A stretch of DNA of 30,939 nt from a virus (taxonomy: Duplodnaviria > Caudoviricetes). Every line of letters begins with the position of its first letter. The first letter of the stretch is position 1. Shown here piece by piece: positions 17,086 to 26,020 of the stretch. A model generated the notes under the pieces. That model was not told the origin of the DNA. It did not search any database and saw only the letters and a program-made list of their open reading frames with translations. Where the stretch lies: positions 1 to 30,939 of IMG/VR virus record IMGVR_UViG_3300017648_000011; one strand, written 5' to 3'. Both the position numbers and the translations under genes were made by a program.

Positions 17086-20000
17086 TGGCCGGTGGGCGTA
17101 CAGTTCGTATCCAGATTCTCGGAGATGCCAAAGGCGCGCAGGGCGCGTTTGGGCAGGTCGAGTCTGCGGCCGGATCGTTCGCGTCCAAAATCGGGACGGT
17201 CGCGAAGGGCGTCGCCATCGGCATCGGCGCGATCGGCGTCGCCGCAGGCGCGATGGCCGTCACCGGCATCAAGGCGGCCTCGGACTATGAGGAGTCGTGG
17301 AACAAGGTCGGCGAGGTTTTTGGTCAGAACGCTGGCCAGATTCAGGACTGGTCCAAAAATGCGGCGCAGTCGTTCGGCCTGAGCCAGAGCGAGGCGCTGG
17401 CGGCGACCGGGACGTTCGGCAACCTGTTTACCGCGATGGGGATCGGGAGCGGCGCTGCGGCCGACATGTCGACCGACATCGTCGGGCTGGCTGCTGACCT
17501 CGGATCATTCAACAACATCGGCACCGATGAGGCGTTGGAGAAAATCCGCGCAGGACTGGTTGGCGAGACGGAGCCGCTGCGCTCGCTGGGTGTCAATCTC
17601 GACGCCGCCTCGATCGCCGCGAAGGCGATGTCGATGGGCCTGGCCGACGCGAGCGGGGAGCTGACGCCAGCCGCGAAGGCGCAGGCAGCGTACGCGCTGA
17701 TTCTGGAGCAGACGACGACTGCGCAGGGCGATTTTGCGCGGACCAAGAGCGGCATGGCGAACTCGCTGAAGATCATCGGGGCGAGCTTCGACGATCTCAA
17801 GGTCAACATCGGGCAGAGATTGCTCCCGGCGATCGCGCCGCTGATCTCGTCGTTCGCGTCGGCGATGCCGCGGGCGCTGGACATGGCGAGCAGTGGGCTC
17901 GACTGGCTGACAGCGCGGCTCCGTGGGCCGATTATCTCGGCCTTCCATCTGATTCGCGATGGCGTGCTGACGTTCATTCAGGCGCTCTCGGGCAACTGGG
18001 CCGATAACGAGAACATCCGCGGCTTCCATCGCGTGATCGGCAATGTCGCACTGGTTATTCGCGAGCAGGTCATTCCCGCGGTACAGCAGATGGTCGCATT
18101 TTTCAGCGGTACCGTGATTCCCGCAATCCAGACGGTTATCGGCATCGTCGGGCAGGTGTCGGCGGCGTTCGGCGAGGGTGGGTTCGCCGGCGTGCTGGCG
18201 ATGCTGGCCGAACGGCTGGGGCCGATCGGTGCGCAGCTGGCGACGTGGGCCGGTCAGGTGTTGACCACGCTGGTCAATCAGATCGGGCAATGGGCCGGGG
18301 CGTTCCTGGACTGGATCGCTCCGATGATCCCGCCGCTGCTGGTCGAGTTGGGCAAAATCGCGTTGGCGCTCGGGACGTGGATGTATGGCACGGCGCTCCC
18401 GGCGATCCTCGCGCAACTCGCGACGTGGGGGCAGGCGCTGGTCGACTGGATCGGGCCGCGCATCGCGCCGATGCTGACGGCGCTCGGGGGGCTGTTATCG
18501 CAGCTGGGCGCATGGCTGCTGAACACCGCATTGCCCGCGATTGTCGAGAAGGTCGGCGAGTGGGGCAGCGCGTTCATCGCGTGGATCGGGCCTCGCATCG
18601 GCCCGATGCTGGCTGAGTTGGGCGGTTTGCTGTCGCAACTCGGCGGCTGGCTGATTGACACGGCTCTGCCGGAGATCGCGGCGAAAGTTTCCGAGTGGGG
18701 CGCAGCGTTCATTGCGTGGGTGGGGCCACAGATCCCGCCGCTCCTGAGCGCGCTGGGCGGGCTGCTCGGCGATCTCGGCAACTGGATCGTCAGTACCGCA
18801 TTGCCGGAGATCACGAGCAAGTTGGCCGAATGGGGCAGCGCTTTCCTCAACTGGGTTGCGACAGATGTGTTGCCGCAGTTGCCTGGCAAGCTGGCCGAGA
18901 TCGGGACGGCCGTCACCGGCTTCATCCTGACGAAGGCCGGCGAATTGGGGACGGCGCTGCTGGGTTGGGCAACCAAGTTCCTGGTCTGGATTGCCAACGA
19001 TGTGTTGCCGCAGTTGCCGGGCAAGCTGGCCGAGATCCTGACGTCCATCGCGGGATGGGTCACCGACTCGCTCGGGTCACTGGCGAGTGAGGGCGGTCGC
19101 ATTGGCCTGTCCATCCTGGAGGGCATCGCGTCCGGCATCCGCGATAGTGCGGCCAGCATCGTCGGCTCGGCGATCGATTTCGTAACCGGGCTGCTGCCGG
19201 AGTGGGTCAAGAAGGGCTTGAAAATCGGCTCACCGTCGAAGGTCATGCACGACGAGGTCGGTATCCCCATCTCGCAGGGCATCGCGACCGGCATGATGGC
19301 TGGCGCTGGATCGATCAAGCTCGCATGGGACTGGCTGTTCGGCGGCATCATGGCTGACGCAAAGGACTACGCCAAACAGGTCGGCTCGGCATTCGAGGGT
19401 CTGTTCGGCTCGATCAGCGATCTCGCGTCCGGCACCTCGATCAAAAACGCGCAGGCGGAGCTGGACCGGCTGCTGACCATCCGGCAGATCGCGATCGACA
19501 CCGGCGCGGGTGAGGCGGCGGTGGCGGGCATTGATGCGCAGATCGCTGAGCAGCAGAACCGCGTCCAGGCGATCGGTGCTGCGATGGGAACCGACATCGT
19601 GCGCGGCATCACCGATCAGATGCAGTCCGCCGATCTGGCCGCGTCGCTGGCGGAGTCGGTATCGGCTGCATGGTCAGCGTCGCTGGGCAACCTCGACAGC
19701 ATCCTGTCCGGCGAACGGATCGGTGCGCTACAGGACACGCTACGTGGGCTGGAACAGCAGCTCGCGCTGGCGCTGGTGGGCGGCGCTCCTGAGGATGTTG
19801 TCAAGGGCATCCGGGAGAACATCGCGGCGGTGCAGCGCGAACTGGGCGCGTCGCAGCAGATCTACGACGACGCGATGAATGCCGGGCTGATCGACACGTC
19901 GGTGTTCCAGATGCCGCTCGACAAGATCGCCGAATTACTGCCGCAGATGCAGGACGGCGGGCTGTCGATGATCGACGAGCTGGTCAGGGGCGTCGCGGAC

Positions 20001-20483
20001 GGCTCCGCTTCCCTCGGCGGCGCGATGGCGACGATTCAGGGCATCGTGGCCGCCGGTTCCGACAAATTGCCGGAGACGATCGGTGCCTCTGTATTCGAGG
20101 TGATCGACGTCCTCAAAGACCTCGATAAGTCGCTGACGGTCGATCTGGCACAGGCGTTCGCGACTGGTGATGAGGCGGCGGAAGGCATTCAGCAAAACCT
20201 GGCGATCGTCGCGTCCCTGCTGGGCGATCTGCAGGCGCAGGCCGACGCGACCGCGAAGAGCATCAAGGGCGTGAACGCGGTTACGGGGCAGAAAATCGTG
20301 CGGCCGGACGGTCGCAGTGCCGACAGCGGCGGGAGCGGGTTCGAGTCAGCGGGCGGATCCGGCGGCGGTGGGACGCGAATCGGCGGGCAAACCGTGCTGA
20401 TGATGCCGGACGCGACGCCGCTGCTGACCTGGTATGCGTACGAATCCACGCAGTCCGAGGCGCTCTGGCCGGTGACTGGATGA
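17085..20483 (+). CDS. Tape measure protein
   Basis: 1132 aa, Ala/Gly/Leu-rich and helical; ASDYEES..KV..VFG, AADLGSFNN, GETEPLRSLG, LKIGSPSKV; Trp-periodic repeats. Confidence 0.96.
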   Translation: MAGGRTVRIQILGDAKGAQGAFGQVESAAGSFASKIGTVAKGVAIGIGAIGVAAGAMAVTGIKAASDYEESWNKVGEVFGQNAGQIQDWSKNAAQSFGLSQSEALAATGTFGNLFTAMGIGSGAAADMSTDIVGLAADLGSFNNIGTDEALEKIRAGLVGETEPLRSLGVNLDAASIAAKAMSMGLADASGELTPAAKAQAAYALILEQTTTAQGDFARTKSGMANSLKIIGASFDDLKVNIGQRLLPAIAPLISSFASAMPRALDMASSGLDWLTARLRGPIISAFHLIRDGVLTFIQALSGNWADNENIRGFHRVIGNVALVIREQVIPAVQQMVAFFSGTVIPAIQTVIGIVGQVSAAFGEGGFAGVLAMLAERLGPIGAQLATWAGQVLTTLVNQIGQWAGAFLDWIAPMIPPLLVELGKIALALGTWMYGTALPAILAQLATWGQALVDWIGPRIAPMLTALGGLLSQLGAWLLNTALPAIVEKVGEWGSAFIAWIGPRIGPMLAELGGLLSQLGGWLIDTALPEIAAKVSEWGAAFIAWVGPQIPPLLSALGGLLGDLGNWIVSTALPEITSKLAEWGSAFLNWVATDVLPQLPGKLAEIGTAVTGFILTKAGELGTALLGWATKFLVWIANDVLPQLPGKLAEILTSIAGWVTDSLGSLASEGGRIGLSILEGIASGIRDSAASIVGSAIDFVTGLLPEWVKKGLKIGSPSKVMHDEVGIPISQGIATGMMAGAGSIKLAWDWLFGGIMADAKDYAKQVGSAFEGLFGSISDLASGTSIKNAQAELDRLLTIRQIAIDTGAGEAAVAGIDAQIAEQQNRVQAIGAAMGTDIVRGITDQMQSADLAASLAESVSAAWSASLGNLDSILSGERIGALQDTLRGLEQQLALALVGGAPEDVVKGIRENIAAVQRELGASQQIYDDAMNAGLIDTSVFQMPLDKIAELLPQMQDGGLSMIDELVRGVADGSASLGGAMATIQGIVAAGSDKLPETIGASVFEVIDVLKDLDKSLTVDLAQAFATGDEAAEGIQQNLAIVASLLGDLQAQADATAKSIKGVNAVTGQKIVRPDGRSADSGGSGFESAGGSGGGGTRIGGQTVLMMPDATPLLTWYAYESTQSEALWPVTG
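18291..19100 (+). repeat. About six tandem 135-bp (45-aa) repeats in the tape measure gene
   Basis: Trp codons start units at 18291, 18426, 18561, 18696 and 18831; near-identical DVLPQLPGKLAEI coding at 18864 and 18999. Confidence 0.9.
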
Positions 20484-20499
20484 TCGGGAGGATAGGCTA

Positions 20500-23400
20500 A
20501 TGGAGGTGCGACTCGGGACACCAACCGATTATCTGGTTCTGTCTGAGTACCCATACCTCATCCGGTTCGACTCACCAACACCGGCCGACGGCGCGACCGT
20601 GCGGGTGGTTGCGTCGGAATTGCAGATCGTTGGCTCGACACCGGACGACCTGTGGGACGCGCGGCAGGCCGTTCAGGCGATGCTGAATCGGGCGGCGGAC
20701 GCCATCCGGCGGAACCGACCGATGGCTGAACGCGTCTCATTCCAGGTGCGGCTCGATACGACCGAGTGGGTGTATGTCGATGTGCGCTCTGGCGAGCTGT
20801 CCGAGTACGACATCCACGCGACCGGCATCTCGGCCTACTGCACCATGACACTGGCCTGCCTCCCGCTGCTGCGCGGCGACGCGCTACAGGCGCAGAACCT
20901 GTTGGCTGCGCCGTGCGACCCTGAGGACGCTGTCTGGACGCTGACCAACGTCACGGCCACGAGCAACAACGCCACCGCGCCGGACGGCTCCCAGACGGCA
21001 GCACGGCTGCGCGAGACGAGCGCGACCGGCATGCACGAGCTGGTACAGGGCATCGCGAAACCGGCTGAGAGTGCGCCGTACACGCTGTCGGCCTACGTCA
21101 AGAGCGACGGGCGCTCTGCCGTGTCGCTCTATCTGGCCGATGGCAGCGGCACGAACGGGGCCTACGTCGGGTTTGACGTCGTCGCGGGGTACCGGCTCTA
21201 CCCGGCCAATGTGACCGGCACGGGATTCAGCGCGCCGGATGCGTCGATTGAGAACGCGAATGATGGCTGGTACCGCGTCAGCCTGACAGCCACGGTCAAC
21301 ACTGATACGGAACTGCGGGCCTATATCCAGCTGCACAACGGCGCCGGCACATCCTACGCAGGCAATGCCAGCCTCGGGCTGCTGGTCTGGGGTGCGCAGC
21401 TCGAGGAGGGTGACCGTGCCGGGCTGCTGCTCGTGCCGCAGATGCTGCCGGACACGGTCACGTCGGCGTACACGATCCCGGCATACCTGATTGAGGCGAC
21501 GTCGGATGTGATCGTGGTTGACGCGGACAACGTCCTCGGCTCCGGCGACATCTACGATGTCTGGCAGGGCTCAGAGGCACCGGAGAATAAACCAGGCGGC
21601 GGTTCCGGGGCGCGACGCGCAACCGATAACTCCAACAACACTCCGCACTATCTGTATCTCCTCGGCGGCAGTGTCGGGACGCTGCCCGCTGGAACCAACA
21701 CCCTCGGGATCTACCTGAAACCGTACGGCAGCGCAACGCATTCTCGCGTGCTGTTCTCCGGTGGGACCAATTCCGAGGGCTATCAGGTGACGGTCGATCA
21801 TACGGCCGGAACCATCACCGGGCCAACGCTCCGCGGTGGCACCGGCTATAGCAACCCGTCGGCCGAAATCATCGTTCTGAGTGGTGGCTGGGTCTGGGTC
21901 GGCATTACCCAGACCATGAGCGCGACATCAGCGGCGAATGTCTACGTCACCTATGGCGACTGGAACGCCACGCAGTCCTATGCCGGCGGTGGGCGCGGCG
22001 TCATCGTCTATGCGGCACAGATGGTCACGGGAGCGACCATCGACAAGCCGACGGCAGGATTGCCGGAGCAGTTCGTTCCAGAGCAGTTTGTACCGGCCGT
22101 GCTGGAATCCACCGGCCTGTTCGGCGGGGCGTACGTCTATGGCGTGCCGGGTGACGCGCCCGCGATCTATCGTGCTGAGCTGGACGACGAATCCGCGAGT
22201 GCCGCGGTCAATCGCCTGCACCTCGGGGCGTGGTCGGGTCGGGATGTGCGGCTCGGGCAACCGGGGCCGCTCCTCATGGCTGAGGCAGGCGATGGGGCCA
22301 GCACTGCGTCCGGCATCGCCGGGCAGGTCGGGGAGCTGATCGCAACGCTCCCGGCGGTGCCGGAGTGGGGCACCGTTGCGACCGTGCCGCTGACCGATCT
22401 GGTCGGGCGGCGGGGGCTGGCCAGCATCGTGGCGCGGGTGCAGGATGGCGCGCTGGCACTCTCGCAGCCGCAGTCCGCGAGAGTCGAGGTGCAGGGGGGC
22501 GCGTATCTGCGCCGTGTGACACGGGTCGGCAGTGAGAGTGACACAACGGATCGCACGTCGCTGGATGTTGGGATGCCGGTCATCACGCCGGGACGGACAC
22601 TCATCCTCCTGACGCAGGGATTCCGCTGGCGGACATCGCCATCCGATACCGGCACGTCAACGGCGACGATCACGTCGACCGGTGGCCAGACGTGGACGCT
22701 CATTCACAGTGGCGCACATCGCGGCGCGTTTGCGGTCTGGGTCGCGTCCAACGTCGTCGAGTGGACCGGGACACTGACCGTTGGGTTTGCGCCAGCGGTC
22801 AAATACGCCACGGCCACGCTGCTGGAGATGGTTGGGGCGGCGAGCAGCGGCGTTGTCGAATCGACGCGGACCGATGCCATCGTCAGTAGCCGGTTGCAGG
22901 ATCCGGAGCTGGAGGTGACGGTCGGGCCGCTGACCAATGTGCAGCATCACGTGGTCTATCTGTCGGTCGGGCTCGGGCTCAACACGATCGGCGGATGGCG
23001 GGCCGTCCTGACAACTCCGCGCGAATCCGGCTGGACCGTGGTGTCATCGCTCTCGACTGGCGCAGTCGCCTACCAGACGTTCAGTAGCAGCGCAGCGCGC
23101 AGCGTGACATGGTGGCGGGCCGTTGACGGCTCGATCCCTGAGGACTGGTTCGCGACGCTGGCAGTGTTGAAAGCGGCCAGCACCGAGGGTTCGAGCCTGA
23201 CACCCGGCCAGTGGTCGCTCTGCGTGACGGCCGTCGATGCGCTGGGTAATGAGTCGCTCCCGACCGGCACGGTATCGGCCAACGTCCCGGCAGCCAGCAG
23301 CAGCGTGGCGTTGGAGTGGACGCCACCAGCGCAGGGCACGCCGGCGAAATATCGCGTCTATCGCAACCGTGGCTCCGGCTGGGGCTACGTCGAGGTCACT

Positions 23401-24009
23401 GCGCCGGCGACCTCATACCTGTGGACCAGCGAGGCGGGCATCACCAACGCGGACCCGCCGAGCGTGGCACCGCCGGTCACCGCGTGGCGTGCATCGGTGG
23501 CACTGCCGAGCGGCACAACGATCTGGCGTGGTCTGCCGAGCGTGGCCAGCCGGATCGCCAACGGGACGTGGGAGGACATCGCCCTGGGGGATGTGCCGCT
23601 GCCACCGATTCCGGCTGGTGAGAGCGAGACGCCGGACGGGGCGCGGCTCGTCATTGAGGCGGCGCACCTGACCGGTGCGGTCGTGATGGTCAACGGCGTC
23701 TGGATGATGGATCGCTCCAGCGGCCAGGTGCTGACGTGGCGTGAGCGACTGGCCAGCACCGATCCGATCAACTGGGTTGTCGAAACGAACCGCGACGAAA
23801 TCAGCGCGGCGTGGCTGCGTGACGATGCTGGCAATGAGGCCGGGCAGGCCGATATCCAGCCGGGTGTCATGACGCTAGCACCGGGGAACGCGCTGGTGGT
23901 CATCCGGCCAGAGATCGCCGGGGGCGTATCGGCGCTCACGCAGTCCGATCTGCGGCTGCGTCGTCTGCTCGTGACACCACGCTACACATGGCTGAGGGGA
24001 CGGCGCTGA
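20500..24009 (+). CDS. Large multi-domain tail tip protein (probable distal tail protein with inserted carbohydrate-binding and FN3-like modules)
   Basis: Directly follows the tape measure gene; two related jelly-roll-like modules (APDGSQTA..YTLSAYVK..GWYRV..VWGAQLE; ..NTLGIYLK..GWVWV..VYAAQMV); VTAVDALGNESLP..VALEWTPP..KYRVYR. Confidence 0.75.
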   Translation: MEVRLGTPTDYLVLSEYPYLIRFDSPTPADGATVRVVASELQIVGSTPDDLWDARQAVQAMLNRAADAIRRNRPMAERVSFQVRLDTTEWVYVDVRSGELSEYDIHATGISAYCTMTLACLPLLRGDALQAQNLLAAPCDPEDAVWTLTNVTATSNNATAPDGSQTAARLRETSATGMHELVQGIAKPAESAPYTLSAYVKSDGRSAVSLYLADGSGTNGAYVGFDVVAGYRLYPANVTGTGFSAPDASIENANDGWYRVSLTATVNTDTELRAYIQLHNGAGTSYAGNASLGLLVWGAQLEEGDRAGLLLVPQMLPDTVTSAYTIPAYLIEATSDVIVVDADNVLGSGDIYDVWQGSEAPENKPGGGSGARRATDNSNNTPHYLYLLGGSVGTLPAGTNTLGIYLKPYGSATHSRVLFSGGTNSEGYQVTVDHTAGTITGPTLRGGTGYSNPSAEIIVLSGGWVWVGITQTMSATSAANVYVTYGDWNATQSYAGGGRGVIVYAAQMVTGATIDKPTAGLPEQFVPEQFVPAVLESTGLFGGAYVYGVPGDAPAIYRAELDDESASAAVNRLHLGAWSGRDVRLGQPGPLLMAEAGDGASTASGIAGQVGELIATLPAVPEWGTVATVPLTDLVGRRGLASIVARVQDGALALSQPQSARVEVQGGAYLRRVTRVGSESDTTDRTSLDVGMPVITPGRTLILLTQGFRWRTSPSDTGTSTATITSTGGQTWTLIHSGAHRGAFAVWVASNVVEWTGTLTVGFAPAVKYATATLLEMVGAASSGVVESTRTDAIVSSRLQDPELEVTVGPLTNVQHHVVYLSVGLGLNTIGGWRAVLTTPRESGWTVVSSLSTGAVAYQTFSSSAARSVTWWRAVDGSIPEDWFATLAVLKAASTEGSSLTPGQWSLCVTAVDALGNESLPTGTVSANVPAASSSVALEWTPPAQGTPAKYRVYRNRGSGWGYVEVTAPATSYLWTSEAGITNADPPSVAPPVTAWRASVALPSGTTIWRGLPSVASRIANGTWEDIALGDVPLPPIPAGESETPDGARLVIEAAHLTGAVVMVNGVWMMDRSSGQVLTWRERLASTDPINWVVETNRDEISAAWLRDDAGNEAGQADIQPGVMTLAPGNALVVIRPEIAGGVSALTQSDLRLRRLLVTPRYTWLRGRR

Positions 24010-25160
24010 TGGAGTTCGAGCTGCGCATCGGGAGTCCGGTGATGGCGGGGGCTGCGACACGTCCGCTGCTGTCGATGGGCATGCCGATCACATCGCTGCG
24101 CTGGTCGTGGGATCAGGCGGGGCCAGCCGGGGCGTCAGTGTCGTTCCAGCCACGCCGGGCCGCGCCAGTGGTCGGGTCGTTGCCCGATCCGATCGACGTA
24201 CCGCTGCGTGGCCACGTCGAGATCATGAGCGGCGGGCGCGTTATCTGGGACGGGTTCGTCCGGACGCGCGAGCGCGGGCCGGGCGGTGCGGTGACGGCGA
24301 TCACGGCCGTTGGCTACGCGCAATCGCTGGGTGATGCCTGGTGGACACGATCGGATGAGGCGTTGCTGACAGGCCGCACGTCCGGCGATGTGCTGGCCAT
24401 CGCGATCCGCGCGCTAACGCCGTGGCTCTCGCCGGGAGTTATCGGCGACCAGTGGATCGATCCATACGTCACGCACACCGGCGGCATGAACGATTTTACC
24501 CGCATGACCGTCTCGCAGATCGCTGACCAGATCAGGCAGGCAGGCGACGCGCGCGGTCGCGAGGTCTGGGTGATGTGCATGCCGGGCCGGCAGGTCTGGC
24601 TCCTGCCGCGGGTCGCGCCGTCCGAGCCGGACTACCGCATTGCATTCGACCACCGGATCCAGCGCTGGACGGAATCAGACGAGGGCATGGCCGCGAGCGT
24701 GGCGGTCGAGCGCGGGACGGCCGGCAGCGCGACCCTCGGGCCGACCGCGACCAACGCGACGTTTCTCAGCGATCGCGGGTTCGCGCCGTCGGTGATCGTC
24801 AATGCCGGCGATATCACCGCGACGGCGGCGCTCGCGCTGCGCAACGCCGAGCTGCAGAAGCGGTCGATGCCGAAACTGAGCGTGGCGATTGCGGCGACGA
24901 GGGATCCGTCGACGTGGCTCTCGAATCGCTACGGATTGCCAGTGCCGTACTGGATGCCGCGGACAGGCGAGTGGGTCGGGGTGGCAGGCGAGCCGCTGCT
25001 GCCGATCGTCGCGGTATCGATCGACGGGGTTGCCGAGACGGCCACGTACGAGCTGGGCGAGATGGATAGGTACCAGCCGGGGCGACAAACGCTGGTGGCG
25101 CGTGAGACGGCCGCAAACCAGCGCCAGATGCGTGCGCCTGCAGGAGGGCGGTTACGGTGA
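24009..25160 (+). CDS. Minor tail protein (hub/Tal-like)
   Basis: TGATG coupling; about 380 aa; RVIWDGFV..R......ITAVGY pattern; position after the Dit-like gene. Confidence 0.7.
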   Translation: MEFELRIGSPVMAGAATRPLLSMGMPITSLRWSWDQAGPAGASVSFQPRRAAPVVGSLPDPIDVPLRGHVEIMSGGRVIWDGFVRTRERGPGGAVTAITAVGYAQSLGDAWWTRSDEALLTGRTSGDVLAIAIRALTPWLSPGVIGDQWIDPYVTHTGGMNDFTRMTVSQIADQIRQAGDARGREVWVMCMPGRQVWLLPRVAPSEPDYRIAFDHRIQRWTESDEGMAASVAVERGTAGSATLGPTATNATFLSDRGFAPSVIVNAGDITATAALALRNAELQKRSMPKLSVAIAATRDPSTWLSNRYGLPVPYWMPRTGEWVGVAGEPLLPIVAVSIDGVAETATYELGEMDRYQPGRQTLVARETAANQRQMRAPAGGRLR

Positions 25161-25402
25161 ACGATGGGGGCAGCAATGGCTGGGCCGATATCGCCAATCA
25201 GGGGCCGCTCGTCGCGCTGCTGTTGCTGTTTCTGGGCGGGTTTGTCCGTGGCTGGTGGGTGCTGGGCCGCGAGTATCTGGCGATGCGTGATGACCGGGAC
25301 TTTTGGAGACAGGCAGCGGATCGGGCAGCCGGAATGGCAGAGACCGCCATTGACACACCGAGCGCCCGACCTCAGCGGGGGGCGACACATGAGCGCTCGT
25401 GA
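25157..25402 (+). CDS. Single-TM protein, holin-like
   Basis: GTGA overlap; GPLVALLLLFLGGFVRGWWV followed by a charged tail; starts the lysis cassette. Confidence 0.65.
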   Translation: MNDGGSNGWADIANQGPLVALLLLFLGGFVRGWWVLGREYLAMRDDRDFWRQAADRAAGMAETAIDTPSARPQRGATHERS

Positions 25403-25586
25403 GCGATTCCGCGACCGTATCCGCCGCCTGTTTCGGCGGCATGAACGACAGGAGATTGACTACGACGCCCGGCTCGATTTTGAGCGGCGAGTAAACGACA
25501 TCGCCGCACGGCTGGAGCGACTACGCCTCATCACGGATGTGGCGGTTGACCGACATCGTCCGAATGCAGACAGGATGCACCGATGA
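25389..25586 (+). CDS. Small Arg-rich helical protein
   Basis: MSARERFRDRIRRLFRR..; overlaps both neighbours. Confidence 0.65.
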   Translation: MSARERFRDRIRRLFRRHERQEIDYDARLDFERRVNDIAARLERLRLITDVAVDRHRPNADRMHR

Positions 25587-26020
25587 CCATCGGCAACGCA
25601 ACGTGGCTCGAGATTGTTTGGACGCTCACTGGCGTGATTGGCCTGCTGGTCAATCTCTGGGCGCTCAATGACTCGCTGGCTGACATGCGCTGGCAGGAGG
25701 CCGCGCCAATGCCTGACCGCACTGTCCCCAACGGTGAGGCATTGCTGCGAGAACGGCAGGCACGCGAACGCATTGCACGCGGGAACGCGCGCGACGAGAC
25801 GTTGCGATCAGTGATCCAGCTGGTGATCGTCATGATCGGCATCGTCGCGATGGCGACCGCGCCAGTCAATCCGGGTCGCGCTGTCTCGCCGCTGTCGTGG
25901 GTTTTCGCCGTCGGACTCGTCACAGTCCAGATGCTCCTCGTGGCGAAGGCGCTGCTGGCGCGGCGCGACCGGCACTGGATTATCGACACACTGACCCGTC
26001 GTGAATGGAAGGGCGACTGA
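25583..26020 (+). CDS. Three-TM membrane protein in the lysis cassette
   Basis: Three hydrophobic segments; coupled to the endolysin by TGATG. Confidence 0.75.
   Translation: MTIGNATWLEIVWTLTGVIGLLVNLWALNDSLADMRWQEAAPMPDRTVPNGEALLRERQARERIARGNARDETLRSVIQLVIVMIGIVAMATAPVNPGRAVSPLSWVFAVGLVTVQMLLVAKALLARRDRHWIIDTLTRREWKGD

Noticed and set aside
16441-17103. Group I/II intron or intein in the tape measure gene
   Set aside because: Nearly all of the insert is the antisense GIY-YIG coding sequence, no ribozyme core or intein motifs are evident, and the downstream gene has its own complete N-terminus.
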